From IMG/VR virus record IMGVR_UViG_3300034012_003212, positions 186,001-250,000 of that record: a stretch of 64,000 bases of DNA; one strand, written 5' to 3'. The notes below the pieces were generated by a model. It worked only from the letters and a program-made list of their open reading frames with translations. It had not been told where the DNA came from and searched no databases. The position numbers and the translations under genes were made by a program. This document shows, in pieces, positions 53,851-63,984 of this stretch (positions within the stretch are counted from its first letter, which is position 1; every line of letters begins with the position of its first letter).

Positions 53851-56346
53851 TTATTCTTCTTCTATCATTCCGGATCCAGAGCCTTCTAGATCTTCATTTT
53901 CTTCTTCGCCATATTCATCGTCGTCATCGACATCTTCTGCAGCCTCTGTACCAAAATCAGAGATTTCTTCGCCTTCGTCGTTCATTGTTTCATCGCCTTC
54001 GCTGTAGTTCTCATATGCTCCATCATACTCATCATATTCCTCATCATCATATGAAAATGGTTGGACTGTATCTTCTATTTCAATTTCATCATCATTGATA
54101 TCGTCGAGGCTCTTATAACCATAATCGTCACCCTCTTCTGCTTCTTCGCGCTCCATTTCGTCATAATTAAATTCCTGATCTTCTACGCTAGTGTCATCAT
54201 CATACATTGTGTGGTTAGGTTCCGTTTCGTGCCCATCATAAAACACTATGGATTCTTCCATTTCTCCTTCTTCGTCGAACGGGCGTTCTTCGAGGGGTGT
54301 ACCAAACTCATCTTCTTCAGCAGCAAAATCTTCAGCATACTCTTCGGTTTCACTGTCCATTCCATACTCATCCTCAGAAGGATATAGTTCTTCATCTTCC
54401 TCGGGAGAATAATCACCGAATCCTCTTTGTACCCTTTCTTCGAAGTTCTCCTCGTCTGTATCATATACTGTTCCAAAGTCTGGGTGCTTCATGACAGCAG
54501 AAGGGTCATTGTACAGTCCTTCAACCTCTTCAGGGGATACTTCTTCAACCTCGTCAAATTCTGTTTCCATGAAGGATTCTTTCAACTTCTTTGCACCTTT
54601 CATGCTCTTTGTGTCAAGAGGAGTGGCCTTCGAACCCTTTATTGCGTCTATCGCAGCTTCAGCTGAAGCTACTCTGCTCTTCTTAACAACGGGGTCCAAG
54701 ATGCTTATCTCGTTTCCGTTGCAACGGCAAGTGCTGCCATTTTCCAGCATTACGGTGAATTGCTTGTTAACTCCATCTACTGAAAGAACTGTTCCGTTTC
54801 CCTTTTTTCCCACCTTCACTTTATCGCCTACTGCGGGAATGGGAACAAAACTCATCATTTCGTTCAGCTTCAACTGTGCGGAGTTATACGTCTTCTTCAG
54901 GATATTCAATTCGGAATCGAGTGATTTGAACAGCATCTGTATGTGCTTGTTTTCGTTCACTGCTTCGTCACTTTCCATTGCAGCTTTAACCTTCCTGTGT
55001 TCCCTTTCGATTTTAACCAGGTTCTCAAATATTTTTGAGATGACATCCTTTTGTTTTTGGATTCCGGCTTCTTCTTTCGTGAGAACTTCGGAGAATGCTT
55101 CAGAAATGTCATACGATAATTTTTCCATGACAAAATTCCTCAGCTTCCTTGCTGATATAAAATCAAGGCACCTTGATTCATTCATTGCACCGTTTCGGAA
55201 ATTGACCAAATAATTTTTGCCTTTCACGATGTTGATGCGAACGCCTTCGAATATGTTTGACTTTATAGTCTTTGCGAAATCGATGTCCATCAATTTCTGT
55301 GCATGGAGGTTGAGAGTCAGTGCGTCGTAGAGGTTCTTTACCTGCGAACGATCCACGATAGATGCCATGTTAACTCTGTGTGTCAACTGATCACGGCTGA
55401 TCTTCTCTTCATTCACATATATGCTACCGTCATCTGTGAGGCGGATTGTCGTGCTGCCCATCGGTACCATGATAGAATCTTCGAGTATGTACGCGCCTGT
55501 CCTTGACATTGCACCGTGTATTTCAACGAGATCACTACATTCCTTCAAGGCCTCAGATTCTTTAACATACGAGAAAGACTGACCTTCTTTGCGGTATATG
55601 ACACCGTCTAAGAGGAAGTAATCGCATTTTTCATTTATCTTAACAAATCCTATCGCCGATTTTATCGAACATTTGGAATCATTCGACAGAGGGTTAAAGT
55701 TTCCATTCTCGTTCTCGAGCATTCGAAGTCCATTTGCGAGCCTATTGATAGTGGAATCGAATTTGTATTTATCGAGTTCCTGTATAATCATCTTCCTTGA
55801 ACCAGATGAAAGATCATACACATAGTTATCTAACTTCTCAAGCAGCGGTTTGTATATGATTCGATTTTTTGATGCACTTATGATATCAGCATGCTTTTTA
55901 ACGAGGATTTCTTCCCTGAGGCCAGAAATCTTCGATTCAAGCAGGTCGTACTCCCTTTTGATTACGGGGTCCCACAATAGATTCTTAAGACTGTTCATGT
56001 AGTTCTCTGCTATGATATAATCCGCAGATTGACCACTGACATTCCTAAATTGTCCTATGGGGTTCCTCAAGTGAGGGTATTTAGATATAGAGCTCTCCTG
56101 GAGTATACGATTAACAGACTCGGATATTCCCATGTCTTTTAATGTCGATATCCTCTTCTCATTCGCTATAAATGACCTCACAGCGATGTCTGAAGTATAC
56201 GGTTCCAACTTTTCAATCGAAATGATTGAAAGATTGTGATCGGGAATGTTATCGGCCATTTCGAGGAGCGATTCACATATCCTCCTCACGGCGCTCTTTA
56301 CCGTTTTGTTCGAAAGGACTGCCAACCTGAGTTTAGCTGTATTCAT
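53851..56346 (-). CDS. large coiled-coil structural/scaffold-like protein with long acidic C-terminal tail
   Basis: 831 aa; roughly the last 230 aa D/E-rich; GATATATA upstream. Confidence 0.65.
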   Translation of the reverse strand: MNTAKLRLAVLSNKTVKSAVRRICESLLEMADNIPDHNLSIISIEKLEPYTSDIAVRSFIANEKRISTLKDMGISESVNRILQESSISKYPHLRNPIGQFRNVSGQSADYIIAENYMNSLKNLLWDPVIKREYDLLESKISGLREEILVKKHADIISASKNRIIYKPLLEKLDNYVYDLSSGSRKMIIQELDKYKFDSTINRLANGLRMLENENGNFNPLSNDSKCSIKSAIGFVKINEKCDYFLLDGVIYRKEGQSFSYVKESEALKECSDLVEIHGAMSRTGAYILEDSIMVPMGSTTIRLTDDGSIYVNEEKISRDQLTHRVNMASIVDRSQVKNLYDALTLNLHAQKLMDIDFAKTIKSNIFEGVRINIVKGKNYLVNFRNGAMNESRCLDFISARKLRNFVMEKLSYDISEAFSEVLTKEEAGIQKQKDVISKIFENLVKIEREHRKVKAAMESDEAVNENKHIQMLFKSLDSELNILKKTYNSAQLKLNEMMSFVPIPAVGDKVKVGKKGNGTVLSVDGVNKQFTVMLENGSTCRCNGNEISILDPVVKKSRVASAEAAIDAIKGSKATPLDTKSMKGAKKLKESFMETEFDEVEEVSPEEVEGLYNDPSAVMKHPDFGTVYDTDEENFEERVQRGFGDYSPEEDEELYPSEDEYGMDSETEEYAEDFAAEEDEFGTPLEERPFDEEGEMEESIVFYDGHETEPNHTMYDDDTSVEDQEFNYDEMEREEAEEGDDYGYKSLDDINDDEIEIEDTVQPFSYDDEEYDEYDGAYENYSEGDETMNDEGEEISDFGTEAAEDVDDDDEYGEEENEDLEGSGSGMIEEE

Positions 56347-56371
56347 GTGCTAAAATTTTTTTTGGATGATC

Positions 56372-56379
56372 TATATATC
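56372..56379 (-). promoter_or_regulatory. putative late promoter GATATATA
   Basis: Intergenic upstream of 56346. Confidence 0.6.
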
Positions 56380-56403
56380 AAATTTTGTGTAAAAGTAATA
56401 GCA

Positions 56404-57915
56404 TTAATTGCGTATTATCTTCGTTGAATCCGATTCTTTGAATATTCGAAGGTTTAATTCCATGAAATCTGTCTTCGGTATATTCGTCCAGAATTCTAAT
56501 GCGACGTCATTAAAGTCGTCATCTGAAGAGTATTGTGCTATGATGATATCCTGGTCAAAGAATTTTGCATTTCCAGATACATGTTCAACGTCGATTATCA
56601 CATAGTTCACAGTGCCAGAAGGATTCAATTCATATGCTACTTTCTTCGTGTGGAATGTCGCAGAGCCACCAATGCTCATATTGCGCAATGAAATCTTCTT
56701 ATCGAACCTTTCTTCTTTAATGTATGCAGAAAGAAACCATTCAGATAGATCGTTTTGATTGAAATCCTGGCCTGAGATATATATCTGTGTTATCTGGTTT
56801 AATGTATTCGCCTGTAAAAGCGATGACTCTTCTTCTGGGACTCCTGGAACTTCTATAGAGAAACACAGAGCACCTTGTGTGATTTCCCCCTCTCCTCCTG
56901 CTATATACTTGAACGTTTGGAAAGGATTGTTCGAACCGTTTATGTCGATCCTGAATTTTGTGATGTCATTGTATACTGCATCACTTAGATCATTGCTGTC
57001 CACAACCGGAACTGTGATCGTGTTTCCTGACTTTGAAACCGGATCGCTGATTATAAGATAGAACTCATCTCCCGATTCGTTGGATACCTTTATCCTCTGG
57101 CCTACTGTGAAATTTGACGTCGGATAGAAGCCGTCGAACACCAGTTTCATAGACCCTGATGTTGCACTCGTATTGGAAGAAAGAACGGGATTTGCATTAC
57201 TTACCTGCTTTTTTGATTTCGACATCTCGATGCTTGATGCAAATGTCTGCATCGTGTTTCCTTTAAAGAACTCCGTCGTGAGATCGAGCACAGGCATATA
57301 TGTCTCCACTTCGACAGAGAAATCCATTTTTATCCTTTGATCGCCCCCGACGTCATAGTTGAAGTTCTTTTCTCCTGGTATCGGAGCCGGAAACATAGCC
57401 CTTGCAGGTATCCTGAAGGTTTTATACCTGAAACTGAAAGGGACACTTTTGAAAAACTGGGAAAAAGCAACCTCGAATATCCTGAAATAATCTAAGATTA
57501 TGTCAGCATACATCTTAACCTGAAATGTTACCCTCAGGGGCACGGCAAACCCTCTCGCTGAAAACGTCTTCATCTGGCCATCTACCAGCTTCTGGTATTC
57601 CATGCGAACGAAATTATTGGTCAATGCATCTTCTGCCACACTGACTGATGCCATATTCACCACTCCTCTAGGTATGGGGTCGAAGTTTCCATCAGCAAAA
57701 TCGAATTTACAGTTATCGAAATTGATGAAGTTATCCTGTATAAATCTCCCGTCTCCGACTATTGAGTAGTAAAATGGAACAGAATAAGTTCGAGTCTCTG
57801 TAGGAGATACAACCACATCGTATTTTATCCTATCGTTGAGAGTGTTTATGAATGCGATGATCAGAGATCGCAGAAAAACATCATCTGTGTTTGTCTTAAA
57901 GTTAAATGGCAGCAT
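56404..57915 (-). CDS. gp15-like tail terminator/sheath stabiliser with C-terminal extension
   Basis: DDVFLRSLII, VPFYYSIVGDGRF, PIPRGVV, VPLRVTF, FSVEVETYMP; start MLPFNF 5 nt after GATATATA. Confidence 0.6.
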   Translation of the reverse strand: MLPFNFKTNTDDVFLRSLIIAFINTLNDRIKYDVVVSPTETRTYSVPFYYSIVGDGRFIQDNFINFDNCKFDFADGNFDPIPRGVVNMASVSVAEDALTNNFVRMEYQKLVDGQMKTFSARGFAVPLRVTFQVKMYADIILDYFRIFEVAFSQFFKSVPFSFRYKTFRIPARAMFPAPIPGEKNFNYDVGGDQRIKMDFSVEVETYMPVLDLTTEFFKGNTMQTFASSIEMSKSKKQVSNANPVLSSNTSATSGSMKLVFDGFYPTSNFTVGQRIKVSNESGDEFYLIISDPVSKSGNTITVPVVDSNDLSDAVYNDITKFRIDINGSNNPFQTFKYIAGGEGEITQGALCFSIEVPGVPEEESSLLQANTLNQITQIYISGQDFNQNDLSEWFLSAYIKEERFDKKISLRNMSIGGSATFHTKKVAYELNPSGTVNYVIIDVEHVSGNAKFFDQDIIIAQYSSDDDFNDVALEFWTNIPKTDFMELNLRIFKESDSTKIIRN

Positions 57916-57920
57916 ATGTT

Positions 57921-57928
57921 TATATATC
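57921..57928 (-). promoter_or_regulatory. putative late promoter GATATATA
   Basis: GATATATA-AACAT-ATG. Confidence 0.6.
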
Positions 57929-59597
57929 AATTTACGGGCTCTAGTTCTATTGAACTGAAACCATTTGCCTTTTTCGTTCTGAGGATGTAATCGAATTCCT
58001 CATGTGGAAGCTGTGCATGGTTCACAACTATCGTGTTTAGCCTCATATCCCTCGTTATCTTTCCTAGTATTCTGATGACATGGTAGACGTTTCCCTGATC
58101 AACGGATGAAAAGACCTCATCGAGGAACAATATGTTAAGCTCAGGGAACCTCATCTTCATCAGTTTTATGAGGCCGACGAGAACTATTATGTCGAGCTTC
58201 TTTGTCTCGCCTGTCGAGAGAGTTTTGGGTGATATCTCTTCTCCGAGGTGAAAAAGTTTTGCCTCAAATTCTTCGTCGAATGATGCAGCATACTCCGACC
58301 CCATTTCAGTCGATAGATCTGATATGTACGTGTTTAATACAGGCAGGAGGTTTCGTATTGCCATGGTCTTTATTCCACCATCTCCTAGTATAGAATCAAG
58401 GACTCTTATGTATGAGGATTTTGATTCTGCTTTTGTCCGTATTTCTTGCTTCTCTTCAAGAAGGGCTTCTGATTCTTCTATGAGTTTGGCTATGACCCCA
58501 ACATCTTCATTCTTTGATCCCTGGTTCTCCAGAAAATCTATCTTTGACTTTATCGTCTTTATTGATGATTGAGTGTTGATTCGCCTTTCTCGAATGGATT
58601 CGTTGAGTTCCTTAAGTTTATCTATAGATTCATTGACCTCTTTGAGGAGATTCTTTTTATCCAGCATGTTGCTCTTCAGGCTATCTATCTCTGCCAATAT
58701 GCTTTGTTTTGAACTCTCTCTGAAACTCAGTTCCATTTCACGGCCACATGTTGGGCAGCTGTCTTTTTCAAACAGCGTGAGTTCTTTTTCTTTTATGTCT
58801 ATAGTGTATTTAGTTTTCCTCACTTCTTCCTCGAGGTTACTCCTCTTTGGCGAGAGATTATTGTAAGATTCTTTCACTTTAGAGTCTTCGATACTTATCT
58901 CTTTTGATTCCTCCTCGAGGTGCTGGGCATTTAATGTGAGTCGTTCTATTTCTTCGCTCGCATCCTGTTTCATCTTCTTTTCTATTTCTGCCCTTTTTTC
59001 TATGCTCTTCTGTATCGATGATTCTATCCATGTGATTTCTTTGTTGACGGAATCGAGGATGTTCTTAACATCCCTGGAATCAGCCTTCAACAATTCGCGC
59101 ATCTGGTTTATTATATCCAAAGAAAAAAGACGGTCTATGATCGCCCGTTTATCTGAAGGCGTCATGTCTATAAAACTCTTAAAGTCATTTATGTTCAGGC
59201 TTATGAGGTTGTCGAAAACATAGAAGGGCATTTTGAATATCTCGTCCTCGAGGTACTTCTGGATGTTTGCCTTTCCAGCCTCTCCGATGACTGCGCCGTC
59301 AACTGTGACTTCAAATGTATTCGGGGATATGCCTCTTTCTATTACCACGTTTCGCTGTGACGCTTCTAACTCTATCCTCACCCATGCATTTTTGTTCTTT
59401 CGATTCGCCAGGTCCTTCAAACTCTTGTTTGTGACCTTTCCATAGAGTGCGAATGTTATGCAGTTCAAAAAACTTGATTTACCAGTTGCATTGTCTCCTG
59501 TGAGCATGAAAAATCCAGGATTGTTCTCGAAATCAATCCTCTGTACCTTGTTGCCGTAGGAAGATATGTTCCTCCATGCTATCCTCTTTATCCTCAT
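57927..59597 (-). CDS. gp46: recombination endonuclease ATPase subunit (gp46/SbcC-like)
   Basis: Walker A GDNATGKS, CPTC zinc hook, LSTGE signature, LFLDEVFSS Walker B. Confidence 0.93.
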   Translation of the reverse strand: MRIKRIAWRNISSYGNKVQRIDFENNPGFFMLTGDNATGKSSFLNCITFALYGKVTNKSLKDLANRKNKNAWVRIELEASQRNVVIERGISPNTFEVTVDGAVIGEAGKANIQKYLEDEIFKMPFYVFDNLISLNINDFKSFIDMTPSDKRAIIDRLFSLDIINQMRELLKADSRDVKNILDSVNKEITWIESSIQKSIEKRAEIEKKMKQDASEEIERLTLNAQHLEEESKEISIEDSKVKESYNNLSPKRSNLEEEVRKTKYTIDIKEKELTLFEKDSCPTCGREMELSFRESSKQSILAEIDSLKSNMLDKKNLLKEVNESIDKLKELNESIRERRINTQSSIKTIKSKIDFLENQGSKNEDVGVIAKLIEESEALLEEKQEIRTKAESKSSYIRVLDSILGDGGIKTMAIRNLLPVLNTYISDLSTEMGSEYAASFDEEFEAKLFHLGEEISPKTLSTGETKKLDIIVLVGLIKLMKMRFPELNILFLDEVFSSVDQGNVYHVIRILGKITRDMRLNTIVVNHAQLPHEEFDYILRTKKANGFSSIELEPVN

Positions 59598-60688
59598 TTT
59601 CCTGTGCTCCTCTGGGAAATTGCTCTTGTGTAGAGATCCTGTAAGTGGTTCTTGAGTTTATTTTTAACTTTGACGTTGTACCTGTCCATTGAATTTATCA
59701 TTTCTTCGCTGAGTTTCATAACATCCATCGGAGAATTATCATGCGAACTCACGGATTCTACTGGCTCCTCTTCTGTTTTCTTCTTGCCCACAGGAAAGAG
59801 GCTCCTCGCACAGCCTTCGAATATCCTCACAAATTCCTGATATGGGAAATCTGGATACTTATAGAAATCAACTACGACATCGACGAAATTATTTTTCACT
59901 AGATTTTCTATTTCATAGATGGGCATATCCAACAGGGAATCCATCTCAACTTTAAGGAACTCCGGGCAGTTCCTGTTCTTTATGAACTCATACTCAAGGG
60001 TTTCGGTATCGATGATCCAGAAACCTTTTTCGTTTCCAACATCAGACCTTGTCATTGAATAAGGAGGTCCGACGAATATCACGTTTCCGTTTTTCTGTCT
60101 GTGGTGTATGTGTCCCGAGAAAACTAGTTTGAACTTTGAGAAATCTTCTGCTATGCACCCTTCTTCTATCTTCCTCCATGGATTAAAGTCTGCGCCCTTC
60201 ATGTCAGTGTGTGCGAAGAGCACTTCTGCTTTCTGTGATGCCAATAAGTCCATTGCAGACCTCTCAGAATCGTGGCGGTTTTTGTCGTCTCCGTATCTCC
60301 ATGGCATCAGACCAAATATTCGATTTCCGTACTTCTGCGTACACGGCTCTCGAAAAACCCGTATGTTCTCTATCAGTCCTAGCGTGGGTTCGACTGAGTT
60401 GATGTCATTCGTATTCCTATCGTGGCAGTCGTGGTTTCCTAGTATTATGTCTATTGGCGCTATCTTGGATAGTTCCTCAAATTTCCTGGGAACTGAATCC
60501 AGGACCTTCATATGGATAGACTGCCGGGAATCAAAAACATCGCCAAGGTGTATTATCCTGTCGCCGTTATTCATCCTCTTCTTAACTTCTCTTTTGAACC
60601 AGTCGAGGGTTGAAAGCTGAATCTCCAACCACTCCTGCGAACAGTTCCTGACTCCAAAGTGTGTATCACTGATAATGAATAGTTTCAT
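59594..60688 (-). CDS. gp47: recombination endonuclease subunit (gp47/SbcD-like metallophosphoesterase)
   Basis: SDTHFG, LGDVFD, GNHD, SGHIH motifs. Confidence 0.92.
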   Translation of the reverse strand: MKLFIISDTHFGVRNCSQEWLEIQLSTLDWFKREVKKRMNNGDRIIHLGDVFDSRQSIHMKVLDSVPRKFEELSKIAPIDIILGNHDCHDRNTNDINSVEPTLGLIENIRVFREPCTQKYGNRIFGLMPWRYGDDKNRHDSERSAMDLLASQKAEVLFAHTDMKGADFNPWRKIEEGCIAEDFSKFKLVFSGHIHHRQKNGNVIFVGPPYSMTRSDVGNEKGFWIIDTETLEYEFIKNRNCPEFLKVEMDSLLDMPIYEIENLVKNNFVDVVVDFYKYPDFPYQEFVRIFEGCARSLFPVGKKKTEEEPVESVSSHDNSPMDVMKLSEEMINSMDRYNVKVKNKLKNHLQDLYTRAISQRSTGK

Positions 60689-61146
60689 CAGAATAACTTT
60701 TTAATGTTCATTTTTGATAAAATACGGTATTCGCTGTCGAGTTCACTGAGTATCTTCTCCTTGTGCGTTAGGCTGAGCTTTTTGAACATGTTCTCATAGC
60801 TACAACCAAGGTATTCACAGGATCCTATCATCATCTCCACAATAGTGTATGTGGAATCTTTTGCCTTTACATTTTCCACGATGAAGCAGAAGAAATCGTT
60901 TAATTTTGCTTTTGGGAACTTCCGTTTCACCTGGAGCTTTAGGCTGTACTTGCTATCGTGTGTTATTTCTTCTATGATATGGAGAAGGTTGGTCAATCGT
61001 GCATACTTCTCATTGTCATAGTATTCATTCAAATAATCATCGGCGTATTCATTACTGATCTTCATATCGCGCACGTGGAAATGTTCGTGCTCTATCTGGC
61101 CAGTGTTGAAACTGTTATCCAGTATTTTGTCCCCTGTTCTTCTCAT
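60688..61146 (-). CDS. conserved hypothetical phage protein
   Basis: 152-aa ORF between helicase and gp47. Confidence 0.65.
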   Translation of the reverse strand: MRRTGDKILDNSFNTGQIEHEHFHVRDMKISNEYADDYLNEYYDNEKYARLTNLLHIIEEITHDSKYSLKLQVKRKFPKAKLNDFFCFIVENVKAKDSTYTIVEMMIGSCEYLGCSYENMFKKLSLTHKEKILSELDSEYRILSKMNIKKLF

Positions 61147-61161
61147 GCTGTATGTGTTTTT

Positions 61162-62466
61162 TTATTGAGCGGGTTCTAATGTCTCTCTTATCATCATCTT
61201 TGGGTACTCTACCAAGAATTTTTTCCTCATGCCAGAGTCTTCTGAATTCCTAAGTGCGAGTGATTTAAGGACGTATTCTCCCTCTGCTTTCATGAGATCA
61301 CTCTGTATGATTCCATATAGAGTATCTACAGTTGAAGCGAGACCCATGGATTCAGATATATCGGTCATGCTCATATCAGTCGAACCCACATTAGTCCTGT
61401 TTATCTGTGTTGCTGATGCTATAGCCCAGTTATTTCGAAGAGCCATAGCTCGAACATCTTCTGATATCTGCTTAACCTTTATATAGAGGTTCTCCGTGTT
61501 AGGGTTCCTCCAGTTCTTCATTATGTTAAGATAATCTATAACGATGAGATCAAATTTTATGCCTTTGGTCTCTTCCTTTTTTCTGATAAACGATTCTATG
61601 TCATTAGCAGACGCAGTCGACGTTGGATAAGACTTTATGTACAATGCACCGAACGGATTGTAACCATCGCCGTAATCTATAACCTTACGTATATTCTTCT
61701 TCAGCCACAAGGAATCCTTTTCGATGAGTTTTTTGGAATACTCACCAGTGGAAACACCCATGAGATTGGAAGATATCCTTTGGAGGTACTGGTAATCAAG
61801 GAGCTCAAGCGTTATGATCATCACATTCTTCCCTGTTCTTACTGCATTCGCAGCTAGATTAAGGAGCCACACAGACTTACCAGATTTTTGTGCACCCATG
61901 AGAACATTGAGTGTTCCGGGTATCCAACCTCCCCCCATGGTCTGATCTATGAAATTATATCCCGTGGAGAACGATTTCATTGTTATAGACCTATGGTTCT
62001 CGGGATCAGAGAAGTCCAAACAGTCATCGTTTGCGAGATCTATACTAGCGCCATCTCGTATGATATTGACAACACGATCCGCAACATCCTTTGCATTCTG
62101 TGCCGTTACCTTCTGGCCTTTCATGAATGTGAAAGCATCGAATAGAGTTGTGTTCAATGCTCTCCAGGATATCCAGCCTTCGAGTGTCTGCTGGAGCCAA
62201 TCTTCATCGTAACCGCTGTTGTTCTCTATTAGGCTATCAATGTAATCGACCGACAATACATCCTCTAGCTTGTTGGTCTGAACAAGGTGCTTGAGCTGCC
62301 TTTTCTCCGGAGAATGTTTGTATTTTTCAAAGAACCTCCTGCTGAGCTCGTATGCTTTACGTATCTCCGGTGTCTCAAAGTATTCATCCTTTACCGATTC
62401 AAAGTACTTGTAATCAGCAAGAATCTGGTTGAGTATTATCTTTTCCGTCTGCACATCGCCGTTCAT
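61162..62466 (-). CDS. gp41: replicative DNA helicase (gp41/DnaB-like)
   Basis: STG...D...GGG, GAQKSGKS, ITLE, IVIDYL, SATQINR, SESMG motifs. Confidence 0.93.
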   Translation of the reverse strand: MNGDVQTEKIILNQILADYKYFESVKDEYFETPEIRKAYELSRRFFEKYKHSPEKRQLKHLVQTNKLEDVLSVDYIDSLIENNSGYDEDWLQQTLEGWISWRALNTTLFDAFTFMKGQKVTAQNAKDVADRVVNIIRDGASIDLANDDCLDFSDPENHRSITMKSFSTGYNFIDQTMGGGWIPGTLNVLMGAQKSGKSVWLLNLAANAVRTGKNVMIITLELLDYQYLQRISSNLMGVSTGEYSKKLIEKDSLWLKKNIRKVIDYGDGYNPFGALYIKSYPTSTASANDIESFIRKKEETKGIKFDLIVIDYLNIMKNWRNPNTENLYIKVKQISEDVRAMALRNNWAIASATQINRTNVGSTDMSMTDISESMGLASTVDTLYGIIQSDLMKAEGEYVLKSLALRNSEDSGMRKKFLVEYPKMMIRETLEPAQ

Positions 62467-62759
62467 AGGTATGGACTCCGAAGGAATTGTATGGTTCTTT
62501 TTGTTTTTGTTGTTGTCACTTCAGCGTACCCTTCTTTGCCACACCACTCGATGAATTTATTCCTCCATGATTCTTCCGTCGGATGCTTGAATGCATATGA
62601 CAACGAGTGCTCACTTATAGAATCGCTTTCCTTCTCTTTCAAAAAAACAAGAAGGTCGTACAGTGCATCGTTAAATGACTTGTACTCGTCATTTTTATGA
62701 TGTAATTTTAATGTAAGGCAAAGTGGAACTTTCTTCTCATCAAATAATATCTTCGTCAT
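62463..62759 (-). CDS. hypothetical protein between uvsX and helicase
   Basis: 98-aa ORF overlapping neighbours. Confidence 0.6.
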   Translation of the reverse strand: MTKILFDEKKVPLCLTLKLHHKNDEYKSFNDALYDLLVFLKEKESDSISEHSLSYAFKHPTEESWRNKFIEWCGKEGYAEVTTTKTKRTIQFLRSPYL

Positions 62760-63984
62760 ACAGCTCTTCCTCGATGTGACTTAAATCCTCTGTTATTTCT
62801 GTTATGTTAGGGAGTTCAAATAACGGACGAATTATTTTAGAATCAAGTTCCCTTAGTATTTCTTCCGTGAAGACTTCTTTTCTGAATATTTGGCTCGATT
62901 TAATGTTTTCTCCTAAGTGACGAACTGCGTACGTTTTAGGATTTGCTGAATCGTCTGGAACGTAAATGAATTCGCCAGTAGGAACGCTGTCGTATACCGG
63001 TTTACCCCTTTTGACGACTTGTACTCCGTTTTCATCAAGAACCGGGACCATGTCTATTTTTTCTTCTAGTTTACCGGGCCCTATTCCAATGCTTTCCCAC
63101 GACACATATTTCTCGAGTCCAACGTATGGATTCATTCCTGTCAAGAATGATATATGGAATTTGACTGGTATAGTCTTCGTGAACCTGCTCTTTTTCAATT
63201 TAGAGGTAACAACAATACCCGTTCCCGTCATCCCTTGTTTTTCTGCTTCCTTGTTGTTCTCCTTTAGTTTTGCCTTTTGGAGCATCAGAATCATAGAAGC
63301 TGCATATTCTGGTCCACCTCCGCCACTCATCCTCTGGGAGGGAACATACGAACCTATTTCTGCGTAGCTGTGGTTTGTGAAGACGAGCGGTATCTTGAGT
63401 TCGGCGAGATCTGTTGTTATGATCCTGAAAAGGCTCCTGAGACCGGCCTGGCGAGTCATGTCTTTCTTCTCGCTACCGGAGACCGCGTCATCCCTCTCTT
63501 TATCTGTTCCAAGATTTCCGAGTGAGTCTATCACCATGAGAATTTTCGGGAGTTCAAATCCTTTGTTCTTTTTTTCCTTCATCTCTATGTAGAGATTCGA
63601 ACATATCTTCTTTAATGCTGTTATCGTTTTAACGGGCTCGTGCCTGAACCTGTTCAGATCAACACCAAATTTTCCACACACATCCCTATCGACTGCTGCT
63701 TCAGTGTCACAATAGATCACGGCGTAGCCCATCTTCTGGGCCTCTCTTGCTATGTTAAGACACAGAAATGTTTTTCCCGTGCCACTCTCTCCTGAAAGAG
63801 CAACACTTCTTGTGTTTGGTATTCCGCCAAAAAGTGAACCTGTCATCTGTGCATTTACCATGTAATTACCGGTTGGTATATGCTCATCTATGATGCTAAA
63901 CTTACTATCTGCTATTATTGAACCCAGGTCGTTCACCTTCGACATGGTCTTCGAAAGGTCCTCGAACGAAAATACTTTGCTCAT
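62740..63984 (-). CDS. uvsX: RecA-like recombinase UvsX
   Basis: GESGTGKT Walker A, DTEAA, VIDSLGNL, DMTR, TNH, SGGGG motifs. Confidence 0.93.
   Translation of the reverse strand: MSKVFSFEDLSKTMSKVNDLGSIIADSKFSIIDEHIPTGNYMVNAQMTGSLFGGIPNTRSVALSGESGTGKTFLCLNIAREAQKMGYAVIYCDTEAAVDRDVCGKFGVDLNRFRHEPVKTITALKKICSNLYIEMKEKKNKGFELPKILMVIDSLGNLGTDKERDDAVSGSEKKDMTRQAGLRSLFRIITTDLAELKIPLVFTNHSYAEIGSYVPSQRMSGGGGPEYAASMILMLQKAKLKENNKEAEKQGMTGTGIVVTSKLKKSRFTKTIPVKFHISFLTGMNPYVGLEKYVSWESIGIGPGKLEEKIDMVPVLDENGVQVVKRGKPVYDSVPTGEFIYVPDDSANPKTYAVRHLGENIKSSQIFRKEVFTEEILRELDSKIIRPLFELPNITEITEDLSHIEEELYDEDII

Noticed and set aside
62463-62759. Calling this T4 gp40 from its position between uvsX and gene 41
   Set aside because: Synteny only; no recognisable sequence motif.
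41400-63592. Plus-strand ORFs overlapping the core minus-strand genes (e.g. 54491..55213, 48826..49416, 60108..60620)
   Set aside because: Ser/Phe-rich antisense shadows of well-supported genes.
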